Source: Pseudomonadota bacterium (GTDB taxonomy: Bacteria; Desulfobacterota; Desulfobacteria; Desulfobacterales; JBDRRP01). Taken from it: a stretch of DNA of 64,000 nt. A program made the position numbers and the translations under genes. Position 1 is the first letter of the stretch. Each line of letters starts with the position of its first letter. Positions 8,593 to 17,749 of the stretch are shown here, piece after piece. The stretch is taken from assembly GCA_043825735.1 (NCBI GenBank), contig JBDRRP010000087.1, positions 1 through 64,000 on the forward strand. Direction: 5' to 3'. A model generated the notes under the pieces. The model searched no databases. It saw nothing but the letters and a program-made list of their open reading frames with translations, and had not been told where the DNA came from.

Positions 8593-9828
8593 ATGAATAC
8601 CCCCGTCACGATCATCGGCATGGGCATGTCCCCGGCGGATCTCACCGCGCGGCACCGGGAACTCATCGCGGCGGCGGACCTCCTGGTGGGAGGACGACGG
8701 CACCTGGCGGCATTCGACGACCTGCCCTGCGAAAAAGTGGTCATTGCCGCCCCGCTGACGGCCCTGTTCGAGCAGCTTCGCCGGCGGGGGGAGGCCAGGG
8801 TGGTGGTGCTGGCATCGGGAGATCCGCTCTATTACGGCATCGGCACGGCCCTTACCGCGGCACTGGGCCCGGACGCCGTGGTGGTCTATCCCAACGTCAC
8901 CGCCGTGGCCGCGGCCTTTTCGCGGATCCGCATCCCCTGGCAGGATGCCGGCGTGGTGAGCCTTCACGGCAGAGACGGCGGGCTTGACCGCTTGCCGGAA
9001 GCCCTGGCAGTGCATCCCCATGTGGCGGTGTTTACGGATCCTGCCAACGGCCCGGCCGCGGTGGCGGCATGGCTGATCGCCAATAATCTGGGGGGCCTTC
9101 GCCTGTGGGTTTTTGAACAAATGGGAGATCCTGCTGAACGGGTCACCTGTGAAACGGCCGCTGCGGTTGCTGCCGGCGCCTTTGCCGAGCCCAATTTGGT
9201 GGTCATCGAAAGCGGCGTGGCCCAACTACCGGAATCTTCGGCCATGAGCCGCCCAGACGCTGCCTATACCAGCGACGGCGGCCTCATCACCAAGCGTGAG
9301 GTGCGCGCCGTGGGCCTCTCGCTATTGGAATTGTCCAGAAGGCAGGTGGTCTGGGACCTGGGGGCGGGCAGCGGGGCTGTGGCCGTTGAGGCGGCTGCAC
9401 TGGTGGCGCCGGGCCGGGTGTTTGCCGTTGAGCGGAATCCGCAACGGGTAGAAATGATTGCCGAAAACCGGCGCCGTTTCAGGGCGGACAACCTGACACC
9501 GATCACCGGCGAGCTGCCTGACGCCATGGGCCCGCTGCCGGATCCCGACGCTGTGTTCGTGGGCGGCGGCGGGGCGCATCTTTCAGAGATCATCGCCGGC
9601 GCGGCCGCGCGACTTCGCCGCGGCGGACGGCTGGTGGTCAGCGCTGTGATGCTGGGCAGCGTGGAGACGGCCCTTCGTGCCATGGATGCGGCCGGCATGA
9701 CGCCCGAAGTCACCCAGGTGCAGATCAGCCGGGGCGTTTCCATCGCCGGGAGCCGGCGACTGGAAGCGCTCAATCCGGTATGGCTCGTCCACGGCGCAAA
9801 ACCGGTTGCGGAGACGGACAATGGATAA
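8593..9828 (+). CDS. cbiET: Fused precorrin-6Y C5,15-methyltransferase (decarboxylating) CbiE/CbiT
   Basis: VLASGDPLYYGIG, SLHGR; ITKREVR, WDLGAGSG, PDAVFVGGG, ALNPV. Confidence 0.95.
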   Translation: MNTPVTIIGMGMSPADLTARHRELIAAADLLVGGRRHLAAFDDLPCEKVVIAAPLTALFEQLRRRGEARVVVLASGDPLYYGIGTALTAALGPDAVVVYPNVTAVAAAFSRIRIPWQDAGVVSLHGRDGGLDRLPEALAVHPHVAVFTDPANGPAAVAAWLIANNLGGLRLWVFEQMGDPAERVTCETAAAVAAGAFAEPNLVVIESGVAQLPESSAMSRPDAAYTSDGGLITKREVRAVGLSLLELSRRQVVWDLGAGSGAVAVEAAALVAPGRVFAVERNPQRVEMIAENRRRFRADNLTPITGELPDAMGPLPDPDAVFVGGGGAHLSEIIAGAAARLRRGGRLVVSAVMLGSVETALRAMDAAGMTPEVTQVQISRGVSIAGSRRLEALNPVWLVHGAKPVAETDNG

Positions 9829-10612
9829 GCACGTGGTTCATTTCGTGGGTGCCGGTCCCGGCGATCCGGAGCTTATCACGGTGCGCGGGCGGCGGCTCCT
9901 TGAAGCGGCGGACCTGGTGGTCTACGCCGGCTCTCTGGTGCCCGAGGCCGTGCTTCAGTGGACCCGCGACGATGCCCGGCGCCTCGACAGCGCCGGCATG
10001 ACCCTGGAGGACATTGTTGCGGCCATGGTTACGGCCTGCCGCCGCGGCGAGCGGGTGGTGCGGCTTCACACCGGCGACCCGAGCCTTTACGGCGCCATTT
10101 TCGAGCAGATGGTTCAATTGGATGCCGCCGGTGTAAGCTATGCCGTCACCCCCGGGGTCACCGCCGCTTTTGCCGCGGCTGCGGCGCTGCAGATGGAATA
10201 CACCCTGCCCGAGCGCTGTCAGACCCTCATTTTGACGAGGATGGCAGGGCGCACGCCGGTGCCGGAAACCGAGTCGCTGGCGTCCCTGGCCGCCCACCGG
10301 GCCGCCATGGCCATTTATCTCAGCCTGAAACAGGTGGCGGCCGTGGCGGACATCCTCGCCGGCGCCTATGGCCCGGACGCCCCCTGCGCCGTGGCCTACC
10401 GGGTGAGCCACCCGGATGAAAAGCTCGTGTGCTGCCGCATTGCGGATCTGGTGGCGCGCGTTGCGGCCGAAGGCATCACCCGCCAGGCCCTGATTCTGGT
10501 GGGCGCCGCCCTGGGGGCACGAAGCGCCTGCAACGCCGCTTCGTCCCGGCTCTACGATGCGGGGTTCAGTCATGGATTCAGAAAGGCCGCGGTCGATGCC
10601 GATACCCCCTGA
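9821..10612 (+). CDS. cbiF: Precorrin-4 C11-methyltransferase
   Basis: VHFVGAGPGDPELIT, YAGSLV, RLHTGDPSLYGAI.EQ, SRLYD. Confidence 0.96.
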   Translation: MDKHVVHFVGAGPGDPELITVRGRRLLEAADLVVYAGSLVPEAVLQWTRDDARRLDSAGMTLEDIVAAMVTACRRGERVVRLHTGDPSLYGAIFEQMVQLDAAGVSYAVTPGVTAAFAAAAALQMEYTLPERCQTLILTRMAGRTPVPETESLASLAAHRAAMAIYLSLKQVAAVADILAGAYGPDAPCAVAYRVSHPDEKLVCCRIADLVARVAAEGITRQALILVGAALGARSACNAASSRLYDAGFSHGFRKAAVDADTP

Positions 10613-11699
10613 GATGGTTCCGCCGCCGGCGGAAAAGCCGCTGGCCGTCTGGGCCGTTACCGCCAACGGGGTCGGCATTGCCCAGCGTCTCAGGGCTGCC
10701 TTCCCTGGGATGCGGGGACTTTGTCTCGAACGGTTCGTCGGCACCACCGGGTTTTCAGGGGTGGATTCTCTGATACCTGCCGTAAGGGAGCGTTTCGGCG
10801 ACTTTACGGGCCATATCTTTGTCATGGCCGCCGGCATCGTGGTCCGGGCCATCGCCCCGGTCATCGGTCACAAGGCCACCGATCCGGCGGTGGTGGTGGT
10901 GGACGATACGGGCCGGTTCGCCGTGAGCCTGCTTTCCGGTCACATGGGCGGGGCCAACCGGCTGGCAAGAGAAGTGGCCGCAGTGCTGGGGGCCGCGCCG
11001 GTCATCACCACCGCCACCGATGTGAACCAACTGCCGGCGGTCGATACCATTGTCGTCGAAGCGGGGATGCGGATCGCCAACCCGACGGCCATCCGGGAGG
11101 TCAATGCGGCGGTTCTGGCCGAGCGACCCGTGCCGTTGTTCGATCGCTGGGGACTGCTCGCAGGCCGCCTGCCCACAGACCGGTTTCCGCCGGTAGTCCC
11201 GACAGCGGTGTTCGCGCCGTGGCCCGTAAACACCCTGGCCGCCGTAAAAGGACCGGCGGTCCTGGTGGACGACGCCGGACTGTGCCTGCCGCCGTCGGTG
11301 CTGGCGGTAAGGCCGCCCACCCTGGTGGTGGGTATCGGGTGCAATCGGGGAACCCCGGAGGCGGAGATCGAAGACCTTTTGCGGGAAACCTTGAGCCTGG
11401 CGGATCTGGCCGTGGAAAGCATCTGCGCGCTGGCATCGGTGGATCTCAAGGCCGATGAGGTTGGGCTTCTGGCCCTGGGGCGGCGCCTGGGAGTGCCGGT
11501 TGTCTTTTTTACCAAAACTGAACTGGCCCGGGTGTCGGATGTGCCTAATCCTTCACCAGCAGTGGCCGAGCACATCGGAGTCGACAGCGTATGCGAAGCA
11601 GCAGCGATCCTGGGTGCGGACAGCGGACGGCTGATCGTGCCCAAACGGAAAACCAGAGCCGTCACCGTGGCGATCGCCCGAAAGTCCTCCATATCGTAG
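10596..11699 (+). CDS. cbiG: Cobalt-precorrin-5A hydrolase
   Basis: MAAGIVVR, DPAVVVVD, LLSGH.GGAN, VITTATD, GIGCNRG, SVCEAAA. Confidence 0.95.
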   Translation: MPIPPEMVPPPAEKPLAVWAVTANGVGIAQRLRAAFPGMRGLCLERFVGTTGFSGVDSLIPAVRERFGDFTGHIFVMAAGIVVRAIAPVIGHKATDPAVVVVDDTGRFAVSLLSGHMGGANRLAREVAAVLGAAPVITTATDVNQLPAVDTIVVEAGMRIANPTAIREVNAAVLAERPVPLFDRWGLLAGRLPTDRFPPVVPTAVFAPWPVNTLAAVKGPAVLVDDAGLCLPPSVLAVRPPTLVVGIGCNRGTPEAEIEDLLRETLSLADLAVESICALASVDLKADEVGLLALGRRLGVPVVFFTKTELARVSDVPNPSPAVAEHIGVDSVCEAAAILGADSGRLIVPKRKTRAVTVAIARKSSIS

Positions 11700-12472
11700 G
11701 CATCGGGCCAGGGCACGTCACTCACCTTTCCAGGCGCGCCGCCGAGGTGCTGGCCGCCGTGGACACCGTGGCGGGCTACACCACCTACATCGATCTCATC
11801 CGGCCCCTGGTGGCGGAAAAAACCATCGTCAGCACCGGTATGATGAAAGAGGTGGACCGGGTGGACGCGGCGCTTGCCGCCGCCATTGTCGGAAACGCCA
11901 CCGCCATTGTTTCCAGCGGCGATCCGGGCATTTACGCCATGGCCGGTCTGGTGCTGGAAATGTGCCGCGACCGGGGTATCCCCATCGCCCCCATGCGGGA
12001 AATGGCCACGGCACCGGCGGGTGACCCGAGGCTGTTCATCGAAGTGGTGCCCGGCATTCCGGCACTGGCTTCGGGAGCGGCGCTGCTGGGCGCGCCTTTG
12101 ACTCACGATTTTGCCACCATCAGTCTGAGCGATCTTTTAACCCCGTGGGAGACCATCGAAAAACGGCTGGACGCAGCGGCTGCCGCTGATTTTGTCATCG
12201 TGCTCTACAACCCCAAGAGCAAGCGCCGCAGCGGCCATTTGGCCCGCGCCGTCGAGATCGTCATGGCCCACCGCGCCCCGGACACCCCCACCGGCATCGT
12301 CACCGCCGCCATGCGGGAGGGGCAGCGGGTGGAACTGACCACCCTGGACAGACTGGCCGAGGCCGAGGTGGACATGCAGACCACGGTGTTCATCGGCAGC
12401 AGCGCATCGGTGCGTTACCGCGATTTCATGATCACCCCGCGCGGGTACGGGGAAAAATATCAGCTGGCGTAA
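11591..12472 (+). CDS. cbiH: Precorrin-3B C17-methyltransferase (true start unclear; possibly reached by -1 frameshift from cbiG)
   Basis: LHIVGIGPG, GYTTY, SSGDPGIYAMA, GAPLTHDFATISLSDLLTPW, LYNP; homology begins ~11681. Confidence 0.93.
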   Translation: MRSSSDPGCGQRTADRAQTENQSRHRGDRPKVLHIVGIGPGHVTHLSRRAAEVLAAVDTVAGYTTYIDLIRPLVAEKTIVSTGMMKEVDRVDAALAAAIVGNATAIVSSGDPGIYAMAGLVLEMCRDRGIPIAPMREMATAPAGDPRLFIEVVPGIPALASGAALLGAPLTHDFATISLSDLLTPWETIEKRLDAAAAADFVIVLYNPKSKRRSGHLARAVEIVMAHRAPDTPTGIVTAAMREGQRVELTTLDRLAEAEVDMQTTVFIGSSASVRYRDFMITPRGYGEKYQLA

Positions 12473-12475
12473 CTA

Positions 12476-12531
12476 AAGGGTTCAAGGGTTCGAGGGTTCG
12501 AGGGGCCAAGGGGCCGAGGGGGCGAGTGAAA
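12476..12531 (+). repeat. G-rich 8-bp-period repeat (family D)
   Basis: aagggttcaagggttcgagggttcgaggggccaaggggccgagggggcgagtgaaa. Confidence 0.85.
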
Positions 12532-12593
12532 TCAGATACACAAGATCTGGAAGTGCCAATCGTGAAACTGCCGTTTAATTATAGGTCATCGGC

Positions 12594-12779
12594 GGGCGGG
12601 GGTAAACCCCGCCCCTACGAACACCTTTCCCTGACCCATGACGGGGAGGGGGTTTCGAACGCCAGAATCGGTACGATGTTCTACTGCGGTTCTTTAAAGG
12701 GAGCATTGGCATGGTATAAATCACACCCTTACGGACACCCTGGTCTGGATAATGTAGGGGATGGGTTTACCCCCTCCCG
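12594..12779. repeat. GTAG-type REP cluster
   Basis: Minus-strand gtaggggcggggtttacccccgccc (12594-12618), a degenerate copy ~12708-12732, and plus-strand gtaggggatgggtttaccccctcccg (12754-12779). Confidence 0.8.
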
Positions 12780-12884
12780 CATCGTCACCGATAACCCTGC
12801 CGGGCGTGCCCAAGAAGTCGGCGCGCAAGATATCGGAGTACTGGGTGTTCCAGTTGGGATGCCCGACTTGCCGGAGGCGCACAG

Positions 12885-14429
12885 ATGATGACGCTATCGG
12901 ACACGCCGTGTGCCCCCGGCCACTCGCGCCCTCCGGCCCCGTGCATCGCCGTGCTGGGTACCGGCTCCGATGTGGGAAAGAGCGTGGTGGCGACGGCTAT
13001 CTGCCGGGTGCTGGCCGACGCCGGTTTGACCGTGGCGCCCTACAAGGCCCAGAACATGTCCAACAACTCGGGGGTGACCCCCGAGGGCCTCGAGATGGGC
13101 AGGGCCCAGATCGTCCAGGCGGAAGCTGCCGGAATTACCCCGCATGTGGACATGAACCCGATTTTGCTCAAACCCACGAGCGACGTAGGCGCTCAAGTGG
13201 TGCTCATGGGAAGCGTGTGGGGCAACCAGAGCGCCCGGGACTATCACACCCGCAAGGAGACCCTCTTTGCCGCTGCCGCAGGCGCACTCGACCGGCTGCG
13301 GGCGCGCACCGACGCCGTCGTCATGGAAGGGGCCGGCTCGTGCGCCGAAGTGAACCTAATGGCAAACGATATCGTCAATTTTCGCATGGCGACTTATGCC
13401 GATGCGCCGGTGATACTGGTGGCGGACATCCATCGGGGAGGCGTTTTCGCCCAGATCGTGGGCACCCTGGCCTGCCTGCCGCCGGCCGAGCGCGACCGGG
13501 TGGCCGGGATCGTCATCAACCGCTTCCGGGGTGATTTGTCCCTTTTTGACGACGGGGTGGCATGGATCGCCGAGCGCACGGGAAAGCCCGTTTTAGGCGT
13601 ACTGCCGTGGTTTGCCGATTTTGCGATCGAGGCCGAGGACTCGGTGGTGATCGAAGCCCCGGACCGGGCATTGGGTGACCCGGCGGCCCAGCCTACCATC
13701 GGCGTAATCCGCATCCCCCACATTTCCAATTTTACTGACGTGCAGGCCCTGAAGCAGGTGGACGGCCTGGCGGTCCACTTTCTCGAGCGCCCACGCAATC
13801 TTGCCGCCTATGCGGCCATTTTGATGCCCGGCTCGAAAAACACCCGATACGATCTGCAGTGGCTCCACGATACGGGATGGCACCGCGAGATCCGGCGCTA
13901 TGCCGCAGGCGGGGGGCATGTACTCGGCATCTGCGGCGGCTACCAGATGATGGGCGTCCGGGTGCTGGATCCCCAGGGGCTTGAAGGGGCGCCCGGCGAG
14001 ACAGAGGGTTTGGGCCTTCTTCCCGTTGAAACGGTATTGAAGGCCCCCAAGACCACCACCCGCACTCGGTTTTCATGGAATGGTGCCCATGGTGAGGGCT
14101 ATGAAATCCACATGGGGGAAACAAGCCCGATCGGAGAGGCGGCCCCGCTTTTCTTGGTCAGCGATAGGAACGGAGCGCTCTGTGAGCGCACAGACGGGTG
14201 CATCAGTGACAGCGGAAACGTGTTGGGTACCTACATCCACGGCATGCTGGATAGCGGGCCGGTGCTCGGGCGGTGGCTGGAGAGTCTGGCATTGGCCGGA
14301 CCGGTGCGGATCGCCGATGACTGCGGTCTGGCTGCCCGGGAGGCTGCCTATAGGAAACTGGCCGATCATTTCAGGGTCCATGTGGACACGGCGCCTATCA
14401 TAGACTGGGCAAAAGGAGGCCGGCCATGA
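12885..14429 (+). CDS. cbiP: Cobyric acid synthase
   Basis: GTGSDVGKS, KAQNMSNNS, MNPILLKP, EGAGSCAEVNL, ISNFTD, GICGGYQM, GYEIHMG, GTYIHG. Confidence 0.96.
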   Translation: MMTLSDTPCAPGHSRPPAPCIAVLGTGSDVGKSVVATAICRVLADAGLTVAPYKAQNMSNNSGVTPEGLEMGRAQIVQAEAAGITPHVDMNPILLKPTSDVGAQVVLMGSVWGNQSARDYHTRKETLFAAAAGALDRLRARTDAVVMEGAGSCAEVNLMANDIVNFRMATYADAPVILVADIHRGGVFAQIVGTLACLPPAERDRVAGIVINRFRGDLSLFDDGVAWIAERTGKPVLGVLPWFADFAIEAEDSVVIEAPDRALGDPAAQPTIGVIRIPHISNFTDVQALKQVDGLAVHFLERPRNLAAYAAILMPGSKNTRYDLQWLHDTGWHREIRRYAAGGGHVLGICGGYQMMGVRVLDPQGLEGAPGETEGLGLLPVETVLKAPKTTTRTRFSWNGAHGEGYEIHMGETSPIGEAAPLFLVSDRNGALCERTDGCISDSGNVLGTYIHGMLDSGPVLGRWLESLALAGPVRIADDCGLAAREAAYRKLADHFRVHVDTAPIIDWAKGGRP

Positions 14430-14971
14430 CCACCGGTACCACGACGCTGGTGATCGGCGGCTGCCGCAGCGGCAAAAGCGATCACGGCCAGCGGCTGGCG
14501 GAGGCCGCCGGGCACAGTCGACTCTATGTAGCCACCTGCGTGCCGGCTGACGATGAAATGCACGCGCGGGTAAAACGGCACCGGGAGGGCCGTGGAGAGC
14601 GTTGGGATACCATTGAGGAACCACTTGATATAAGCGATGTCATCTTATTGAAAAAACAACAATATGATGTCGTATTGATTGACTGCCTGACTCTTTGGAC
14701 CACCCAGTTGACGCTGGCGGAGGCCACCGATGACGAAGTGAGCCGACGACTTGACGATCTGGCCGCTGCCATGGCAGCGCCGGGGGCGCCACTGATTTTT
14801 GTCACCAACGAAGTGGGCTGCGGTATCGTTCCGGAAAATGCCCTGGCCAGACGGTTCAGGGATCTGGCCGGCCAGGTGAACCGGACCGTGGCGGCGCGTG
14901 CCGAGCGGGTCGTATGGGTGGTGGCCGGCATTCCGGTGACCATTAAACCGACCGGGGGAGGGGCTGCATGA
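14426..14971 (+). CDS. cobU: Adenosylcobinamide kinase/phosphate guanylyltransferase
   Basis: GGCRSGKS, W.TIEEP, DCLTLW, VTNEVG.GIVP, RFRDLAG.VN. Confidence 0.96.
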   Translation: MTTGTTTLVIGGCRSGKSDHGQRLAEAAGHSRLYVATCVPADDEMHARVKRHREGRGERWDTIEEPLDISDVILLKKQQYDVVLIDCLTLWTTQLTLAEATDDEVSRRLDDLAAAMAAPGAPLIFVTNEVGCGIVPENALARRFRDLAGQVNRTVAARAERVVWVVAGIPVTIKPTGGGAA

Positions 14972-15726
14972 ATCCATTCAGTGGCGGAGCGCGGCAGTGG
15001 GCGAACGGCACCCGCGCCGCGCTCCAGTTTCTCACGCTGCTGCCGATGGGGCAGCTCGTCTATGAACCGCGCCGGATGCTGCCGTACTTCGCTGCCGCCG
15101 GTCTGATCATCGGCACCGTGCTGGGGGTGGTGGATCTGGCGGCATCCGCCTTCTGGGGGCCGGCCGCGGCGGCGGCGCTGGATGTGCTCTGTCTCATGCT
15201 CATTACCGGCGCGCTTCACCTGGACGGGGTGGCCGATACGGCCGACGGGCTGTTTGCCCACCACACGACGGAGCGGGCCCTGGCCATCATGAAGGACAGC
15301 CGGGTTGGTGCCATGGGTGTTGTGGCCGTAGTGGCCACGGTGCTGGTCAAATGGGCGGCGATATCGGAACTGGGCCATGCCCGGTTTGCCTGCCTGGTGC
15401 TGGTGCCGGCCTTTGCGCGCGCGGCCGTGGCGCTGGCCGTGCACCGACTCCCCTACGGGCGGCCCGAAGGCGGGCTGGCACACCCGCTGTTTGATGCGCC
15501 CATTACAGCGGCAGACGTCGCCGGTCTGCTGACCGTATGCGCCATGGCCCTGCTGCTGGGCGGGCGCGGCATCCTGCTGGTGGCCGGTTTTTTTGTGCTG
15601 GTGCTGGGTATTGTGGCGTTCTATCGCCGCCGCATCGGGTGCATTACCGGCGACATGCTGGGTGCAATGATCGAGTGGACCGAAACAGGCCTTTTTCTCA
15701 TAGCAGCCATGGCGGTGGGATCATGA
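14968..15726 (+). CDS. cobS: Adenosylcobinamide-GDP ribazoletransferase
   Basis: FLT.LP, TGALHLDG.ADTADG, IMKDSRVG, GCITGD.LGA. Confidence 0.95.
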   Translation: MNPFSGGARQWANGTRAALQFLTLLPMGQLVYEPRRMLPYFAAAGLIIGTVLGVVDLAASAFWGPAAAAALDVLCLMLITGALHLDGVADTADGLFAHHTTERALAIMKDSRVGAMGVVAVVATVLVKWAAISELGHARFACLVLVPAFARAAVALAVHRLPYGRPEGGLAHPLFDAPITAADVAGLLTVCAMALLLGGRGILLVAGFFVLVLGIVAFYRRRIGCITGDMLGAMIEWTETGLFLIAAMAVGS

Positions 15727-16799
15727 TTCACGGCCACGGCGGCAACGTGGAATCCCTGGCCCAACGTCTGGGGTGCGCGGCGGCGGACATCGTCGACATG
15801 AGCAGCAATGTAAATCCGCTGGGCCCGCCGCCAGCGCTCACGGCGCACCTTGCCGCCAACCTGGGGCGGATTCGGCGACTGCCCGAGGCCGATGCCGGCA
15901 GCACTGTTTCCCGCATGGCCCGGCACCTGGGAAGGGCGCCGGAGAGCGTCGTGGCCGGCAATGGCACCACCGAGCTCATCTACCGGCTGCCCCGTGCCCT
16001 CACCCCCAGACGGGTGCTCATCCTGGGCCCCACCTATTCCGATTACGAAGACGCCTGCCGGCAAAACGGCATCACGCCCCGATTCCTCCTGACCGGCCCG
16101 GAAACGAATTTTAAGGTGGATCTTGACGCACTGGACCGGGCCGCGGACGAGGCGGATCTGGTGTTCATCTGCAACCCCAACAACCCCACCGGCGTGCTGA
16201 CGGATCCGGCGGCCATCGATGCCCTCAGCAGTCGCCACCCGGAGACCTGCTTCGTGGTGGACGAGTCCTATCTGCCTTTTGCCGCGCCCGGAGAGACCCT
16301 GAGCCGCTCGGCGCGGCCCAACCTCGTCGTGCTCCATTCCCTTTCCAAAATCTTCACCCTGCCGGGGCTGCGTATCGGATTCGCCACGGCGCACCCGGAC
16401 ATCATTTCCCGGCTGCGCCGCTATGACAGCCCCTGGAGCATGAACAGCCTGGCAACGGCAGCGGTTGACTTTCTGATGGATAACCCATTGGAAACAGAAT
16501 TATTTATCAAGGACAGCGCCCGTTTCCTCTCAGATGAGCGCCGCCGGTTTGCACAAACTCTGACAACTGTCGCGGGCATTCGCACCTTTCCCAGTCACAC
16601 TTCTTTCATTCTTATGGCCCTGGAAGGCGCTCATCGCTCCCACGCCCTCTGCGCGGCGCTGGGGCTCCGGCGCATTCTCATCCGTAACTGTGCCAATTTC
16701 AATGGATTATCGGATCGTTACGTCCGCGTTTCGCTGAAGTCGGAAACGGAAAACCGGCGGTGCTGCGCGCTTCTGGCAGCGGCGGTGGGGGGCGCATGA
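15723..16799 (+). CDS. cobD: L-threonine-O-3-phosphate decarboxylase
   Basis: HGGN, D.SSNVNPLG, GNG.TELI, CNPNNPTG, VDESY, SLSKIF..PGLRIG, IRNCANF. Confidence 0.92.
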   Translation: MIHGHGGNVESLAQRLGCAAADIVDMSSNVNPLGPPPALTAHLAANLGRIRRLPEADAGSTVSRMARHLGRAPESVVAGNGTTELIYRLPRALTPRRVLILGPTYSDYEDACRQNGITPRFLLTGPETNFKVDLDALDRAADEADLVFICNPNNPTGVLTDPAAIDALSSRHPETCFVVDESYLPFAAPGETLSRSARPNLVVLHSLSKIFTLPGLRIGFATAHPDIISRLRRYDSPWSMNSLATAAVDFLMDNPLETELFIKDSARFLSDERRRFAQTLTTVAGIRTFPSHTSFILMALEGAHRSHALCAALGLRRILIRNCANFNGLSDRYVRVSLKSETENRRCCALLAAAVGGA

Positions 16800-17749
16800 C
16801 AGCGCATCTGGCCTGGATGATAGTGCCTGCTGCGGTGGCTCTGGATCTTGCGGTGGGTGATCCCCAGGGCTGGCCCCATCCGGTGCGGTGGATGGGCCGG
16901 GCCATCGAGGTCCTGGAACCCCGCGTCCGGCGGTTCAGGATTCCGCTGGTGGCGAGCGGCGCCGTGATGACGCTGGTGCTGGTCGCCGCCGTGTGGGCCG
17001 TCACCGCCTGGGTCATCGCAGCGGCCGCCGCCGTCCATCCGCTCTTGGGCACGGCCGTGGAGATCGTTCTCATGGCCTGGATCCTGTCGATGAAGTCCCT
17101 TTGCGAAGCCGGCACAGCCGTTCGCCGGGCGTTCGGGGAAGGGGGGATCGACGCGGCCCGTCGGGCGGTGGCCATGATCGTCGGCAGAGAAACCGCCCAT
17201 CTGGACCGGGCCGGCGTTTGCCGGGCTGCGGTGGAGAGCATGGCGGAAAACCTGGTGGACGGAATCGTCTCGCCACTGTTTTACGCCGCCCTTGGCGGCG
17301 CGCCTCTGGCCATGGCCTACAAGATGGTGAACACGCTCGATTCCATGATCGGCTACCGCAACGCGCGCTATGAAAAGTTTGGAAAGGTCGCCGCCCGCCT
17401 GGACGATGTGGCCAATTTCGTGCCTGCGAGGCTCTGCGTGCCGGCCGTCGCCGTGGCCGCCCACCTGCTCGGCGGCCACGGCCGGCGCAGCCTGGCGGTG
17501 GCCCGGCGGGATGGCAGACTGGCCGCCAGCCCCAACGCGGGCTACCCCGAGGCGGCATTTTCCGGCGCATTGGGGGTGCGTCTGGCCGGACCGGCCGTCT
17601 ACTTCGGACGCCGGATCGACAAGCCCCGCATCGGCGCCGAGTTCGCCGATCCGAAGCCGGCGGACATCGATCGCGCCGGCGCGCTGCTGACTATTGCCGG
17701 TCTCGTCTGTGCCGCTGTCGCGGCGGTGGCCGCCGGATGGCTGCGATGA
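16796..17749 (+). CDS. cbiB: Adenosylcobinamide-phosphate synthase
   Basis: GDP..WPHPV, IVGRET, ES.AEN..DG, YKMVNTLDSMIGY, SPNAGYPEAA. Confidence 0.96.
   Translation: MTAHLAWMIVPAAVALDLAVGDPQGWPHPVRWMGRAIEVLEPRVRRFRIPLVASGAVMTLVLVAAVWAVTAWVIAAAAAVHPLLGTAVEIVLMAWILSMKSLCEAGTAVRRAFGEGGIDAARRAVAMIVGRETAHLDRAGVCRAAVESMAENLVDGIVSPLFYAALGGAPLAMAYKMVNTLDSMIGYRNARYEKFGKVAARLDDVANFVPARLCVPAVAVAAHLLGGHGRRSLAVARRDGRLAASPNAGYPEAAFSGALGVRLAGPAVYFGRRIDKPRIGAEFADPKPADIDRAGALLTIAGLVCAAVAAVAAGWLR

Noticed and set aside
10940..12106. 388-aa minus-strand ORF
   Set aside because: Antisense shadow of cbiG/cbiH in GC-rich DNA
12526..12888. 120-aa ORF between cbiH and cbiP
   Set aside because: Translation of REP palindromes (GGGKPRPY, VGDGFTPSR); starts inside a repeat
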